From: Macrostomum lignano
Taxonomy: Eukaryota
NCBI GenBank assembly: GCA_002269645.1
Contig: NIVC01001747.1
Span: forward strand, 1-64,000
Length of the DNA stretch: 64,000 bases
Direction of reading: 5' to 3'
The notes beneath the pieces are model-generated. The model was not told the origin of the DNA and did not search any database. It worked only from the letters and a program-made list of their open reading frames with translations. Below are positions 1 to 13,356 of this stretch, piece after piece. Position 1 is the first letter of the stretch, and each line of letters starts with the position of its first letter. The translations under genes were made by a program, and so were the position numbers.

Positions 1-975
1 CTCTCCTCTCCTCTTCTCTCCTCTCTCTTCTCCTCTCTCTCTCCATCCACTCCTCTCTTCTCCATCTCCTCTCTCCCTCTCCTCTCTCCTCTCCTCTCCT
101 CTCCACTCTCCTCTCCTCTCTCTTCTTCTCTCTCTCTCTCTCCTCTCCCTCTCCTTTCCTCCCTCTCTCCTCTCCCTCTCCTCTCCTCTCCTCTCCTCTC
201 CTTCTCCCTCTCCTCTCCCTCTTCTCTCTCTCTCTCCTCTCCTCTCTCCATCCACCTCTATCTCCCTCTCCTCTTCCCTCTCCTCTTCCTCTCCCTCTCC
301 TCTCCACTCTCCTCTCCTCTCCTCTCTCCTCCTCCTCTCCTCTCTCTTCCACCCTCCACATCTCCTCTCCCTCTCCTCTCTCCCTTCATCTTTCTCTCTC
401 TCCTCTCCTCTCTCCCTTTCCTCTCCTCTCTCCTTTCCTCTCCTCTCTCCCTTTTCTCTCCTTCTCCCTCTCCTCTCTCCTCTCCCTCTTCTCTCCTCTC
501 TCCTCTCCTCTCCTCTCCCTCCACCCTCTCTCTCCCTCTCTCTCCTCTCCTCTCCTCTCTCCCTCCACTCTCCCACTCTCCTCTCCTCTCCTCTCTCTCT
601 CTCTCTCTCCTCTCTCCCTCCACCCTCCACTCTCTCTCCTCTCCTCTCTCCTTCATCTTTCTCTCTCTCCTCTCCTCTCTCCCTTTCCTCTCTCCTTCTC
701 CCTCTCCTCTCTCCTCTCCCTCTTCTCTCTCCACTCTCTCTCTCTCTCCCTCCACCTCACTCTCCTCTCCCTCTCCTCTCTCCCCTATTATGTTTCTTCT
801 TTCGTCTTCCTCTCTCCCTCTTCTCTCCTCTCCCTCTCCTCTCCTCTCTCCCTCACCTCTATCTCTCCTCTCCCTCTCCTCTCTTCTCTCTCTTCTCTTC
901 TTCCCCTCCCCCCTCTGTTTCCCTCTCTCTCCTCCCCTGTCTCTTTCCATTTCTCCCCTCTCAATTTCTACTCCT
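1..975. repeat. CT-rich low-complexity polypyrimidine microsatellite tract
   Basis: Almost only C/T in CTCT/CTCCT motifs. The E/R/G-rich ORFs over it are repeat artefacts. Confidence 0.95.
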
Positions 976-1429
976 CTCTATTGAAGAATGCGGTGAGTAT
1001 AGCAAAAATACATAATTGATCGTTGGCATGCACAACCAGGTAGACTGTTTGTCTGAAAAAGAAACTGGACTGCCTGTTATTCAATTTAATTCGTGTTTTT
1101 TCATCAAGTGCGCAAATCTGTGCACTTGAAATTTAAAGCCAATTGAAATTAGAACACTGTTTTTTTTTTTAAAAAAATAATTCCAAGTACCTTTTTACGG
1201 TCCTGACCGCCATTTTTTAAACATCTGAAATTTCAATGCAAACTGAATGCTTGCTTGTAGTGCGCAATTGTTCTACTTGAAATACGATTTTTCAAAATAT
1301 TTTGTTTTAACAATTACTCTGTTCGTGCTAAGCGCTTGCTTATCTGTGCACTGAATTGAATCTGTCATCTTCTGTAATGGTTTTACTTTCTATTTTCTCA
1401 TATATTTCCATCAGCGATCTTTTATTCCC

Positions 1430-2146
1430 ATCTGGGATCTCGCATTCCCCTCTTAGGATATTGTATTCTCCACCTGGGATCTTGTATTCTCTACCTGGGA
1501 CCTTGTATTCCCACATGGAATCTTATGTTCTACATCTGGAATCTTGTATTCCCCATCTGGATCTTGTATTCCCACCTGGGATTTGTATTCCCTACCTGGG
1601 ATCTTGTATTCCCACCTGGGATCTTGTATTCCCCACCTGGGATCTTGTATTCCCTACCTGGATCTTGTATTCCTACCTGGGATCTTGTATTCCCCACCTG
1701 GGATCTTGGTATTCCCACCTGGAATCTAATGTTCTACATCTGGAATCTTGTATTCCCTACCTGGGATCTTGTATTCCCCACTGGGATCTTGTATTCCCCA
1801 CATGGAATCTAATGTTCTACATCTGGAATCTTGTATTCCCCATCTGGAATCTTGTATTCCCACGTGGGATCTTGTATTCCCTACCTGGGATCTTGTATTC
1901 CCCCCTGGGATCTTGTATTCCCCATCTGGAATCTTGTATTCCCATCTGGGATCTTGTATTCCCCTCATGGGATCTTGTATATTCCCCACATAGGATCTTG
2001 TATTCCCCACATGGGATCTTGTATTCCCAACCTGGAATCTTGTATTCCCCATCTGGGATCTTGTATTCCCCATCTGGGATCTTGTATTCCCCTCATGGGA
2101 TCTTGTATTCCCCACCTGGGATCTTGTATTCTCCACCTGGGATCTT
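1430..2146. repeat. ~21-22 bp minisatellite (CCTGGGATCTTGTATTCCCCA)n
   Basis: About 30 degenerate tandem copies of gggatcttgtattcc(c)cac(ct). Confidence 0.95.
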
Positions 2147-2263
2147 AGATTTTCCATTAGGAATTTTGATTTTGGAAGCATGATTTCTTATTTATCCCCA
2201 TTCGGAATTACGAGTACATGTACATAGTAATGCACGTGTCCGCACCGATTGACCCCGCCTCAG

Positions 2264-2688
2264 GTGAACATTGTGCCCATTATCGCCAATCGGACACGCT
2301 CACTTCAACCGAAGTTCGCGAACTCAAAGAACGAGTTATGGGAGACCTGGAACGGCACAAGATTCAAATCTATCGAATGCCGGAGACTGACTCGGACGAT
2401 GATGAAGAGACTCGCGTTCAGGAGTCTGAGATCCGGGCCTGCATCCCGTTCGCGGCCATCGGCAGCAACTGCGTTGTCGAGTCTGGCGAAACCGGGCGTT
2501 CGTGTTCGGGGCCGGCAGTACCCGTGGGGCGTTGTTGAGGTGGAGAATCCACGGCACTGCGACTTCACTAAGCTGAGGATCTTCCTGCTGGGCACTCATA
2601 TGCAGGATTTGAAGGATATTACTAAGGAGGTGGGGTGTTTGTTATTTTTGTTTGTTTAGTTAGCTATCCAGTTAGTCAGTCAGTTGGT

Positions 2689-2719
<31 letters not shown>

Positions 2720-3043
2720 TTAGTTAGTCAGTTAGTTAGTCAGTCAGTTAGTCAGTTAGTCAGTCAGTTAGTTAGTTAGTCAGTTAGTTAGTTAGTTAGC
2801 TAGTTTCAGTCAGTTAGCTAGTTAGTTAGTTAGTTAGTTAGTTGTTAGCTAGTTAGTTAGTTAGTTAGTTAGTTGTTAGCTAGTTAGTTAGTTAGTTAGT
2901 TGTTAGCTAGTTAGTCAGTCAGTTAGTCAGTTAGTCAGTCAGTTAGTTAGTCAGTTAGTTAGTCAGTTAGCTAGTTAGTCAGTCAGTTAGTCAGTTAGTC
3001 AGTCAGTTAGTTAGCTAGTCAGTCAGTTAGTTAGTCAGTTAGC

Positions 3044-3080
<37 letters not shown>

Positions 3081-3086
3081 GTTAGC

Positions 3087-3135
<49 letters not shown>

Positions 3136-3223
3136 GTTAGCTAGTTAGTTAGTTAGTTAGTTAGTTACTTAGTTAGTTGTTAGCTAGTTAGCTAGTTAGT
3201 TAGTTAGTTAGTTAGTTGTTAGC

Positions 3224-3264
<41 letters not shown>

Positions 3265-4546
3265 GTTAGCTAGTTAGTTAGTTAGTCAGTTAGTTAGTTG
3301 TTAGCTAGTTAGTCAGTTAGTTAGTTGTTAGCTAGTTAGTCAGTTAGTTAGTTAGTTAGTTAGTTGTTTGTTTGTCAGTATTTTATTTAGCGTGTCACTA
3401 TATTGAAACACCATCAGAAGACCCCAACAATGTGCTGTTTTGTCCGCAGTTGCACTACGAAAATTACCGGGCCAAGTACATTACAGAGCGAATGACTAAG
3501 CGCAAGGGACCGCGCGAAGAGATGGAGACTAGAAAGTGAGTGTGCATGGCTTCTCTTTAAAGTTCTGGCTGTACTTACTAGACTCTCACGTGGAATAATT
3601 TTAATATCTTATTTTCCAGATCGAAGAACACCTCCGATGCTCAGTTTGAGGCGCTGGTGGACACGAAGGCCTTCTCAAGGAGAAAGAGGACGAGGTGAGG
3701 GTGGCGGATACTGAGAAAATGAGATAATAATCATGAGATGGGAAATGGACACTTAATATGAGACAACAGACACGATAAGATGGGAGAATAGACACGATAA
3801 GATGGGAAATAGACATGATAAGATGAAAGAATAGACACGATAAGATGGAGAATAGACATGATAAGATGGGAAATAGACACGATAAGATGGGAGAATAGAC
3901 ACGATAAGATGGGAGAATAGACATGATAAGATGGGAGAATAGACACTATGAGATAAGAGAATAGACACGATAAGATGGGAGAATAGACATGATAAGATGG
4001 GGAAATAGACACTATGAGATAAGAGAATAGACATGATAAGATGGGAGAATAGACACGATGATATGGGAGAATAGACACGATGAGATGGGAGAATGGACAC
4101 GATGAGATGGGAGAATAGACACCTGATATTTGTGCTGTCATACATAAAAGACAAGAGATTAGTAAAAGATCTCCCTAAGTCTCTAACACCGCCACAACCC
4201 GCGCCAATCTCAGATCCGCCGCATGCAGCAGTTGCTGCAGCATCTGCAGTCCAACAAGTCGTCTCAGGGTGGCTCAGCTGACGGCTCCGGGCCGCCAACT
4301 TCGTCAGCCGCCGCGCGCTGTGACATCAGCCAACTCCGCTGGCGCGCTGCGGCCGTCTCGACGACTGCCGCCACATCGTCAGGCGGGCCAACTGGCAATT
4401 CGTCTGGCGGAACAGCTGGAACGGCTGTCGGCGGTGCCGGGCGACCAATGGACAGGAGGCAGCCTAAGCAGGGAGAGGCTGTATGTTGTGTGTTATCTGT
4501 AACAATCTGCCTGAATCTTGAATCCCAGATTCAGACATGGTTCTAA
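2264..4546 (+). CDS. Septin, SEPT2 group (3' part). Exons ~2264-2629, 3450-3535, 3620-3694, 4214-~4546; three 1-nt indels
   Basis: Motifs VNIVPIIA-(K)[50 protein letters not shown], and LLKEKEDE|IRRMQQLL (matches the SEPT2/4/5 EKDEELRRMQEML coil). Introns are canonical GT-AG. Frameshifts near 2289, 2500 and 3668. The P-loop exons are not in the window and the 3' end is uncertain. Confidence 0.9.
2657..3375. repeat. (TAGT)n / (TCAGT) microsatellite in septin intron
   Basis: Continuous ttag/gtca tetramer array. Confidence 0.95.
3745..4120. repeat. ~22-bp minisatellite (GATAAGATGGGAGAATAGACAC)n in septin intron
   Basis: About 17 tandem copies. Confidence 0.93.
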
Positions 4547-4547
4547 A

Positions 4548-5500
4548 TCTTTACCCTGGATCTGAATCTTAAATCCTGGGATCTGAATCGTTTATTCTGG
4601 TTTGAATCTTTAACCCTGGGATCTGAATCTTTAATCTGGTATCTGAATCTTTAACCCTGGGATCTGAATCTTTAACCCTGGGATCTGAATATTTAACCCT
4701 GGATCTGAATCTTTAACCCTGGTATCTGAATCTTTAACCCTGGTATCTGAATCTTTAACCCTGGGATCTGAATCTTTAACCCTGGGATCTGAATCTTTAA
4801 CCCTGGGATCTGAATCTTTAACCCTGGGATCTGAATATTTAACCCTGGGATCTGAATCTTTAACCCTGGGATCTGAATCTTTAACCCTGGGATCTGAATC
4901 TTTAACCCTGGGATCTGAATCTTTAACCCTGGGATCTGAATCTTTAACCCTGGGATCTGAATCTTTAACCCTGGGATCTGAATCTTTAACCCTGGATCTG
5001 AATCTTTAACCCTGGATCTGAATCTTTAACCCTGGGATCTGAATCTTTAATCTGGTATCTGAATCTTTAACCCTGGGATCTGAATCTTTAACCCTGGGAT
5101 CTGAATATTTAACCCTGGGATCTGAATCTTTAACCCTGGGATCTGAATATTTAACCCTGGGATCTGAATCTTTAACCCTGGGATCTGAATCTTTAACCCT
5201 GGGATCTGAATCTTTAACCCTGGATCTGAATCTTTAACCCTGGGATCTGAATCTTTAATCTGGTATCTGAATCTTTAACCCTGGGATCTAAATCGTTAAT
5301 CCTGAGATCTGATTCGTTAACACATGGATCTGAATCTTTAATCTGGGATCTGAATCTTTAATGCTGGGATCTGATTCGTTAATACATGGATCTGAATCTT
5401 TAGTCCTGGGATCTGAATCTTTAATCCTGGGATCTAAATAGTAATCCTGGGATGTAAATCTTTAATCCATGGATCTGAATATTTAACCCTGGAATCTAAA
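4548..5500. repeat. 21-bp minisatellite (CCCTGGGATCTGAATCTTTAA)n
   Basis: About 40 copies with a homogeneous centre and degenerate edges. Confidence 0.95.
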
Positions 5501-6659
5501 TCATTAATCTTGCGATCTGTTCTACTAATCTGCAGATATATTAATAAATTAATACATAATCCTGGAGCCTGGATTTCTAATTGTAGGATCCTGTTCTTTA
5601 ATCCGTCACCTGGATCCTCGAACCGTGTAATTTTTGAAATATTTATTTAGGCATTCATATAACCGGCTTTAGTGACGCTACTGTCTATTTGAAAGTGTTC
5701 CATCGCTGGATCATGTTAAATAGTATCGATTTTGGTTTGTTTGTTATCAATATTTCTTCTTTTATATCCTAATTATTAATTAAATATAATTGCAATTCGG
5801 AGCGTAGATAATTTGTGCAATCCTTTATCTGTTTTCTGCTTCTGTCTTTTCTTTACAAAGCGTATCCTTACATTTATATGTAATCCAGCTTAGCTCTACA
5901 AATTATTTATTGATTATTTATCGATCTCAAACGGTACAGCTTTAGCGAGCGTGCATGCTTCGAGTATTTTTCTTACGCGTCCATTAAACAGTTGTCGAAG
6001 CAGTTATCAATTGCTTATTCAGACCAAATTTTTATTTCGCAATGCAAAAATTTTAGGGAACACAAAACCGAATCGGCTCTAGTCATCCAATTTCCAATTG
6101 CACTACTATCAGCCTCATCAGTAGTGTAAATAGCTTTTTTGTATTTTTCTACCACGGTTTGTTAATCGATGACGCAATCTCCTGTTTTTTATTGTATGGA
6201 TGATTTTCATCTCAGTATTCTTTGTTAAACCGCAAACCCGTTGTCATCTGCAATACAACCCAGTGCTGCTGACTTTCGTTTAACAATGTCTGTCTTATCT
6301 AAAGTCATAATAATTTATATTACTATATTTATATTAGCAGTTCGCTTTGATTTGCTTGTTAATTAATACTCGCCTCTTATTTAATTTTCTACGCTTTACT
6401 AAATTGTTGAATTTCTATTTGTTTTTCTGAACAAACTCATATTAAACACGTGTTAATGCAGCTTTTAACTTTTTGATTGCTTACGAGCGTAATTGCGTTG
6501 CTGATATAAAATGCAAAAAAGAAGTAAAAACTTTTATAGTTATATAAACTGCGCATTCAAATTTAGCTGCAGTTTTGTATATTTATTGTTTGCAAGCACA
6601 ATGAACTGAGTATAATTGTTGTGTGACATTTTCAAATCGATGAGTTAATTATTTACTTA

Positions 6660-7395
6660 TCTAAAGGGTAGAGAAGTATCATTCGGTAGAAAAGAGGTAT
6701 CTTATCTATTGGGTAGAAAACGGGTATCTCATAGGGTAGAAAACGGGTATCTCATAGGGTAGAAAACGGGTATCTCATAGGGTAGAAACGGGTATTTCAT
6801 TGGGTAGAAAACGGGTATCTCATAGGGTAGAAATGGGTATCTCATAGGGTACAAATGGGTATCTCATAGGGTACAAATGGGTATTTCATTGGGTAGAAAA
6901 CGGGTATCTCATAGGGTAGAAAACGTGTATTTCATTGGGTAGAAAACAGGTATCTCATTGGGTAGAAAACGGTATCTCATAGGGTAGAAACGGGTAGTTC
7001 ATTGGGTAGAAAACGGGTATCTCATAGGGTAGAAATGGGTATCTCATAGGGTAGAAATGGGTATTTCATTGGGTAGAAAACGGGTATCTCATAGGGTAGA
7101 AATGGGTATCTAATAGGGTAGAAAACGTGTATTTCATTGGGTAGAAAACAGGTATCTCATTGGTAGAAATGGGTATCTCATAGGGTAGAAATGGGTATTT
7201 CATTGGGTAGAAAACGGGTATCTCATAGGGTAGAAATGGGTATCTAATAGGGTAGAAAACGGGTATCTCATTGGGTAGAAAACGTGTATTTCATTGGGTA
7301 GAAAACAGGTATCTCATTGGGTAGAAAACGGGTATCTCATTGGGTTGAAAACAGGTATCTCATTGGGTAGAAAACGGGTATCTCATTGGGTTGAA
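6660..7395. repeat. 22-23 bp minisatellite (GGGTAGAAAACGGGTATCTCATA)n
   Basis: About 30 tandem copies. Confidence 0.95.
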
Positions 7396-7555
7396 GGGAT
7401 GCCTCTTTAGGTAGAAAAGGGGCATTTAATGAGGCAAAAAGGCAACATGAGCAGCATTAAGCAAGATGACAAGAGCAGCAATAAAGTGAGTACACAAGCG
7501 CTCAGTCATTGCACGCGCAAGTGCACAAATGCGTCAAATTGAAAATTAGTGCAGC

Positions 7556-10500
7556 TCAGCTGGCTTCAGAGTCCCCAGTCGGCGCGGCGGTCTCTTTAGG
7601 CATCTCCAGTCGCCACAGGCCGTAATTCTCTCCGATCTTGTGCTGCCACAATCGCAGGGTGCCATCCTCGCTGCCTGAGGCATACAAGTGACCGTCTGGC
7701 GAGTAACGGACGCAGTGCACAGGTCCGAAGTGACCCTTGTGCGACTCCACCACCGAGCCGTCCTCAGCTGAGCACTTGTACAGCACGAAGTCTTCGCCGC
7801 CGCAGACAAAGACAGGCTCGCTAGGGTGCAGAGCTGCTGAGTAGATCTGACAGGGTAGACTGTGGCTGCTCAGCTCCACCAGTCTGTCCGAGTCCCAGAT
7901 TGACACCTGGATAATGGGGCATAACAGTTCTGCTGTTAATGTGTCTGACTTAAAGATCGTGCGGATTTTTTAAAGGCCGATTTCCTGGAAAAATCATTGA
8001 ATTGCATTCGATCTGGGGCAGTGAAGATTGCTACTCTGTTGTATTTTATATAGTTGTGCAGTGAAAGTTTCAATTTTATTTTCATATCAGAAGGAGCAAA
8101 TTCAATCATTGATTTTTTCCTATCTCCGCAGTATTTTTCCAGGAAATATGCCTCCAAAAAGTCATTGGCCATGTGTCCGAAAAAAAACTTTGAGTCCTTA
8201 ACTTACAACCCGCCAATTTTTGTCTACTAATCGATTATATTGAGCGACAGATGCAAAATACAGTAAAACAGTTCGTTTTATTTATTATAAACAAGCACTT
8301 TTGTCCAGCATAAGAAGATGGTGAAAGATTTGGCCTGTAGTTCTTCGACCAGATTTCACTGCATCACAAATGACATTTCTAAGGAAAGTGGGATAATGCA
8401 TGATATTCAATGGGACACGCTACGTGCATCCATTAAAACCTTTGATTTAACAGAGCTAGAAAGCTAGGGGTTGAACTCTAGGTGAACAGGGGTAGAAAGC
8501 TAGGTAAACATGGGTAGAACTCTGGGTAAACAGGGGTAGAACTCTGGTAAACAGGGGTAGAACGCTACAGTAACAGGCACAAACCTGTGAGCCGCAGCAT
8601 AGCAACAGCCGAGAATCATCTAATCGCAATTGCAAGTCGCTGGGACAGCCAGACAGCTCCCGATCCAGCACCGCGCTCTCCCCATCTGAGCAGCGAACAT
8701 CTCGAACTACAAATCGTTTATCATCTGCCGCACTGGCAACCAGATATTGATTGAGAAAGATTGCCGCGCGAAGACTCTTGGCATGGCCCGGCAGTTCAAT
8801 AGGTGGTGAATCATAATTAGACAAATCGAACAGTCTTAGAAGGCGTTCATTGCTACAGTGAGCAATCGACCGCATTGAGCATCAAAATCAACGCATTTGA
8901 CAATGTGCTTGTGCTCAAAACTGTGCAAAGGGTCGCCAGTGAATCCGTCCCATAATTTGGCTGAGAAGTCTGCAGCTCCAGTTGCTACCTGACTTGAGTC
9001 TGAGTTTAGCACAGCAGACCAGACTGCACCTTTGTGCCCACTCAGGGTGCCAATCCAATCGCCTGTATCGCCTTGGAGCAGCTGACTCTGGCCATCTGGT
9101 GTGAGATTATCAAATAATTAATTTGTGCAAGTGTGACATCATCATTTATTTTGTTTGACATATTTTTAAATCACTATTCATTAATTGCCACTATGAGTAG
9201 GATAGTTTGAACATAAAAGTGACTATGCATTTGGTGACTTGGCATATTTAATTATATGTTTTATATAAGGCCCTTAATTATTATCAACAGTTAAAATTAT
9301 CAGTACATAAATAAAGCATAATCTAGCCTCACTAAGTCATTAAATTATATATGCAATTGTCAACTGACCTAGCTGATCTAGTTCTAGTAAAATAATGGTA
9401 GACTAAAAATAAGACTTTTGGTCTTTAGATAACTTTCCTAACAAAAAATTAATGACAAATCAAATACTTTTAGTCAGTTTGCCAATAGATTGCTAAACTA
9501 AATCATATTTAGTAAAAACTAAGTTGCATGATCAATGTAATTTAGAGGTTGTATATAGGCTTAATGTCATGATATATATCAAAGTGATAGGGAGGGGTAG
9601 AGGATGTATCCTTCAAATGGCCTAAAAGTTTTGTTGAAGTCTGCTCTTTAGCTTATATAATGTAGATGTCCATTGTGAAAATAATTTATCCTCCTGAATA
9701 TAACTATTCTCCCTGAAAAAAATTTCTAGCTATATGCCTAATATATATATACTTTTAATTTTGATATTTAGTGGATCTTATTTAAATAAAAGACCTAAAA
9801 ATTACAAAACTACAAACAAACAAAATTACTATTCTATTTTTAGGCTAAACCCCTAGGCTTAAACTTAGCAACATTGAAAAATTGTGACTATGCACCAATC
9901 CATATTGCGGATTGTGTCCCTATTGCAGCTAATGGCCATTTTCGTGGACGGCGTCCGGCGCGGATTGGACTGGTGGCGGCGCGGCGTGCGGCGGCGGCGC
10001 GGCGCGTGGCGGCGGCGCGCGGTGGCGTGGTGTGTGGCGGCAGCGCGCAGCGCGCGGCGAGCCATTGACTGACTAATTGAACCAAATCACTGATCCTGGG
10101 GACTGGCCCTGGCGCAGTACGGGTAGATGTCTGGCGCGGGAAAGGGGGCGTCCGGCGCGGTTCAGACCTTGGCTGCAATAGGGGATTGTGTTACATGTAC
10201 GCCAGAAAGTATTTGGCTATCTAGTAAATTGTACACCAATAAAAATTGTGTGATTAAAGAGCACATACCAATGCAACAAGTGGTAGATGCATGCAACAAA
10301 AAATTGCTCCAAAAAAATGATACCAATATTATTTAAAAATGGATATTATTAGTAAAACAAAAAAGTTATGTATACTAAAGTTTTAGATATATTTTTACTA
10401 GTAATTGTAAAAACTTTAAGTATAATATTTAAAAAATTAATTTATTGCCACAAATTTAAATTTAATATTACTACAGCAAAGGATTGTTTAGCATAATTTA

Positions 10501-11794
10501 CACAATTAAGATATATACTTGAATGTTTTTGTCTGCTGCATCACAAGCTTGAACATGTATAGTTATAAATTATAAGCCAATGATTGTGCTATAAAGTTGC
10601 ATTTCCTCCTTGTATGCCATATGTACACTAGCTAAAGCATTTGTATGCCAGATGTATGCCAGCTAAAGCATTTTTACACCAGAATTTTTTATTGTATACT
10701 ACACTTTCGGTAATATGGGCACCAATGCGGGGGCCGTAGCCCAGCGGTAGCGCAGCTGCTCTGGTGTGCCGCGACCCAAGCTTGATTCCAAGTGCAGCCA
10801 CATTAATTTGGGGCTGGATTGGAATCTTGGCTTGGCTCACTTGTGCAATTAACGGCCTTGAGAGCCAACCCCCCAAGGCGCAGTGAAGTGTACATGCCTA
10901 ACAATTGATAAAAGTTAGGGCTGCTGTACACTCCTGTGTGTGTGTGTGTGCCTGCGTAACATATCCGCGCGCTTGTATGCCTGCTCAGGGGAGTTGGCGG
11001 AATGGGCAGTAATGCCTCTTGCCAGTTGTGTGCCAATGACGCTTAAATTGCGCCAGGGTGCACACAACCCCCCTGCCTCTAATAAAAATGGGCACCAATG
11101 AGGAATTTCTCTTAAATTATTCTAAAATAAAAATATAAGAAAACCAATGAGGGTGCTTTTAATTCATCCAATCCTCACACACTGCTTCTCTATTTCATTC
11201 CTCAACTCAAGTCTGCCACAGTGTAGATAAGTTATGTCATTTGCAAAGATTAAGACTTTATTTGCACTTACAAGTGGCAAGTGGCAACCACAGAAAGAAT
11301 CTTTAATGATGGTAACTTTTAATGTTGCTGAGTATTATACTATTTAATGTCTATTCTATTTCTTAACTATTTAATTTTAAAATTATTGATTAAAATGCTT
11401 ACACCCTGGAAGGCCTAGGCCAGGGACCTCCCTCAGTGTGTGTGCATTATGTAGTTATCTAAAAACCATTTTATGTAATACTAAGGATAAGAATTTTTCA
11501 TGGCAAAGACCACTTTCTTAACTATGCCTATGGTGATTCTAATGAATTAAATGGCAATGCAAAAAACTATGAATCTTAAACAAAGTCTGACAATGACATA
11601 GGCCTTACATCAACTAGAAAATAAAAAAGTCAAGACAATGACCTTTAGTATTTACCTTTAGAAGCTGTGACAAGAAAGTATCCTAGATCAGATACATCAC
11701 TGAATCTCAGCGACACCACTGGGCGTGTATGAACAGAACATGTTATAGCCAGTTGTTTGATTTGAGATAGGCCTAAAAGTGATTTGTCATCCAT
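7556..11794 (-). CDS. STRAP: Serine-threonine kinase receptor-associated protein (STRAP/UNRIP, WD40). Exons 11794-11656, 9095-8585, 7906-7556; one 1-nt deletion
   Basis: Exon 1: [25 protein letters not shown]. Exon 2: [22 protein letters not shown]...[24 protein letters not shown]. Exon 3: VCGGEDF.LYK...[39 protein letters not shown]. All match STRAP. Intron phases fit if 1 nt is restored near 8855 (LLT[G]SNERLLR). Confidence 0.93.
9918..10183. mobile_element. 266-bp MITE with 12-bp TIRs and 8-bp TSD in STRAP intron 1
   Basis: TIRs CCCTATTGCAGC (9918-9929) and GCTGCAATAGGG (10172-10183). Flanking direct repeat GATTGTGT at 9910-9917 and 10184-10191. GC-rich GGCGC-repeat interior. Confidence 0.85.
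10728..11087 (+). mobile_element. tRNA-derived SINE (~360 bp) with 13-bp TSD
   Basis: Head GGGGGCCGTAGCCCAGCGGTAGCGC contains an A-box, followed by a degenerate B-box GCTTGATTCC. Tail is AATAAAA. TSD ATGGGCACCAATG at 10715-10727 and 11088-11100. Confidence 0.8.
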
Positions 11795-13356
11795 ATGTCA
11801 ATGATTGACTGCCTCTAAAATCCAAAAATTGCTATAAAAATACAACTACTGTGATGTTATCTGTCAATAGGGGTTTAAGAAATACGATCAGGGTATATAC
11901 TTTGAAATCAAATAATATAAATAAAATGCCTTAAAATTGCAGAAGTACTCGATTTTATTAAGTAGCTCTGCATAGTATTTATTCCCGCAGACTCTTTCGA
12001 TTTCGAAGAAAAATTACAGTTGAGTTGTCGCGCTTTTTGAGATCGTAATTTCAAACTGATTACGAGTCACTTAAGTGAGAGTGTTGCTAAGCGCTATATA
12101 CTAAAATTTTTATTTCTTTATTTTCAAAATTCTATTTTCAGCAAAAATCAATGTGATTTCGCTAGACCATCCGACGTTTATACAGGGGACCATGATTATT
12201 TTTAGGTTGACTTTATTTTGGTAAGCGTAATGGATGGTGAATTAAACTTGTCGAATTACATGGCTATTGAAGTACATTTAAATTATATATTATACAATTA
12301 TTTACGTAATTGACTCGAAAAGCAAGGCTTTTTATTAGACCCTGTTGGCCCCGTTTTTCTTGGTTGTCGAATTCGACACTTGGGGTGCGAAATTTGCTGT
12401 CAAATTTATTCATAGCTGCAAGACAGACGTACATGCCGGGACAATTAGAATGATGAAACCATGAAGCATACATGCACGGTGCAAACGCGATGGTCCAACA
12501 ACCGAATTTGATAGCGCCTTCCAGATTCTATCACATGTACTACTGCAGTGTACATATCACAATTGTACGTTGCCAGCTTGTCCTGCATGACGACTGCGCT
12601 TACCCTTCACATGTAGCAGTAATGCGCATTTATACATGTATATTGCTTGGCTCTGCAAAGCCAAAGTGAAGCCACGTCTTTAATGCATTCATGTAGATTT
12701 TCACTCCGCCACATGCAGAATCTGCACATACTTTTCGCAGATCTCAGAGCGTCGATCATAGGTCTTGTATTCACTGCAGTAGGCAGCTCTCATGCTGCTG
12801 AAGCCTATATTCAAATAGCACTTCAGATGCAGCGCACAACTTGACGACGCTGCGTGTGAATACGCCCACATTCCTAACACAGCCTCCTCTCACATGGAAT
12901 TTGCCAACCTTTGTCTAACAAACATGCAGCCCGAGCTCTGTCCCAGGTTTCTATTCAAATTTTCCTAGCAGAAAAGTCAAGACTTCTCATTCAATCGATG
13001 ACGTGAGTCTTACTGCATTCATGGTTTGTGAGGCTATGGCACTTAAGAAAAAGTCATGCTTCATGTATACATGCACGACTAAATTCTCTTCAAAAAGTAT
13101 GGAACACCCCCATTGCAGTCAGTAAATGCGTGTTTCTACAGGTAACTGTGTATGCTGGCAGTCGTGAACTCTTCCTATCAGCTACGTACGCCCCCTGCCT
13201 ACTGCTTGCTGCTTCGGTCCAGTAAGCAACAAGACGACATTTAAGTCAAGTAAAACTTTTCGTAGCCTCACTTCTCTACTAAACCTCGCCTCTTCTGCAT
13301 AAAACTCTGACAGGCGTTTCAGGTTTGTGAAGGAAAAAAGCTAGCTGCTTTAAAGC

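Noticed and set aside
258-984. E/R/G-rich and S/L/P-rich ORFs
   Set aside because: Translations of the CT microsatellite, with no coding signal.
982-1000. Possible upstream septin exon ending at a GTGAGT donor
   Set aside because: The preceding codons (LKNA) do not match the expected septin LH.K junction and there is no acceptor context.
1356-2183. Multiple overlapping long ORFs on both strands
   Set aside because: They arise from a stop-free 21-bp minisatellite.
10728-10800. Functional tRNA gene
   Set aside because: The cloverleaf is incomplete, the B-box is degenerate, and a TSD plus A-rich tail indicate a SINE.
12264-12900. Possible Polinton/DNA polymerase remnant on the minus strand (HLKCYLNIG)
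   Set aside because: One weak motif with stops in all frames and no supporting polB motifs.
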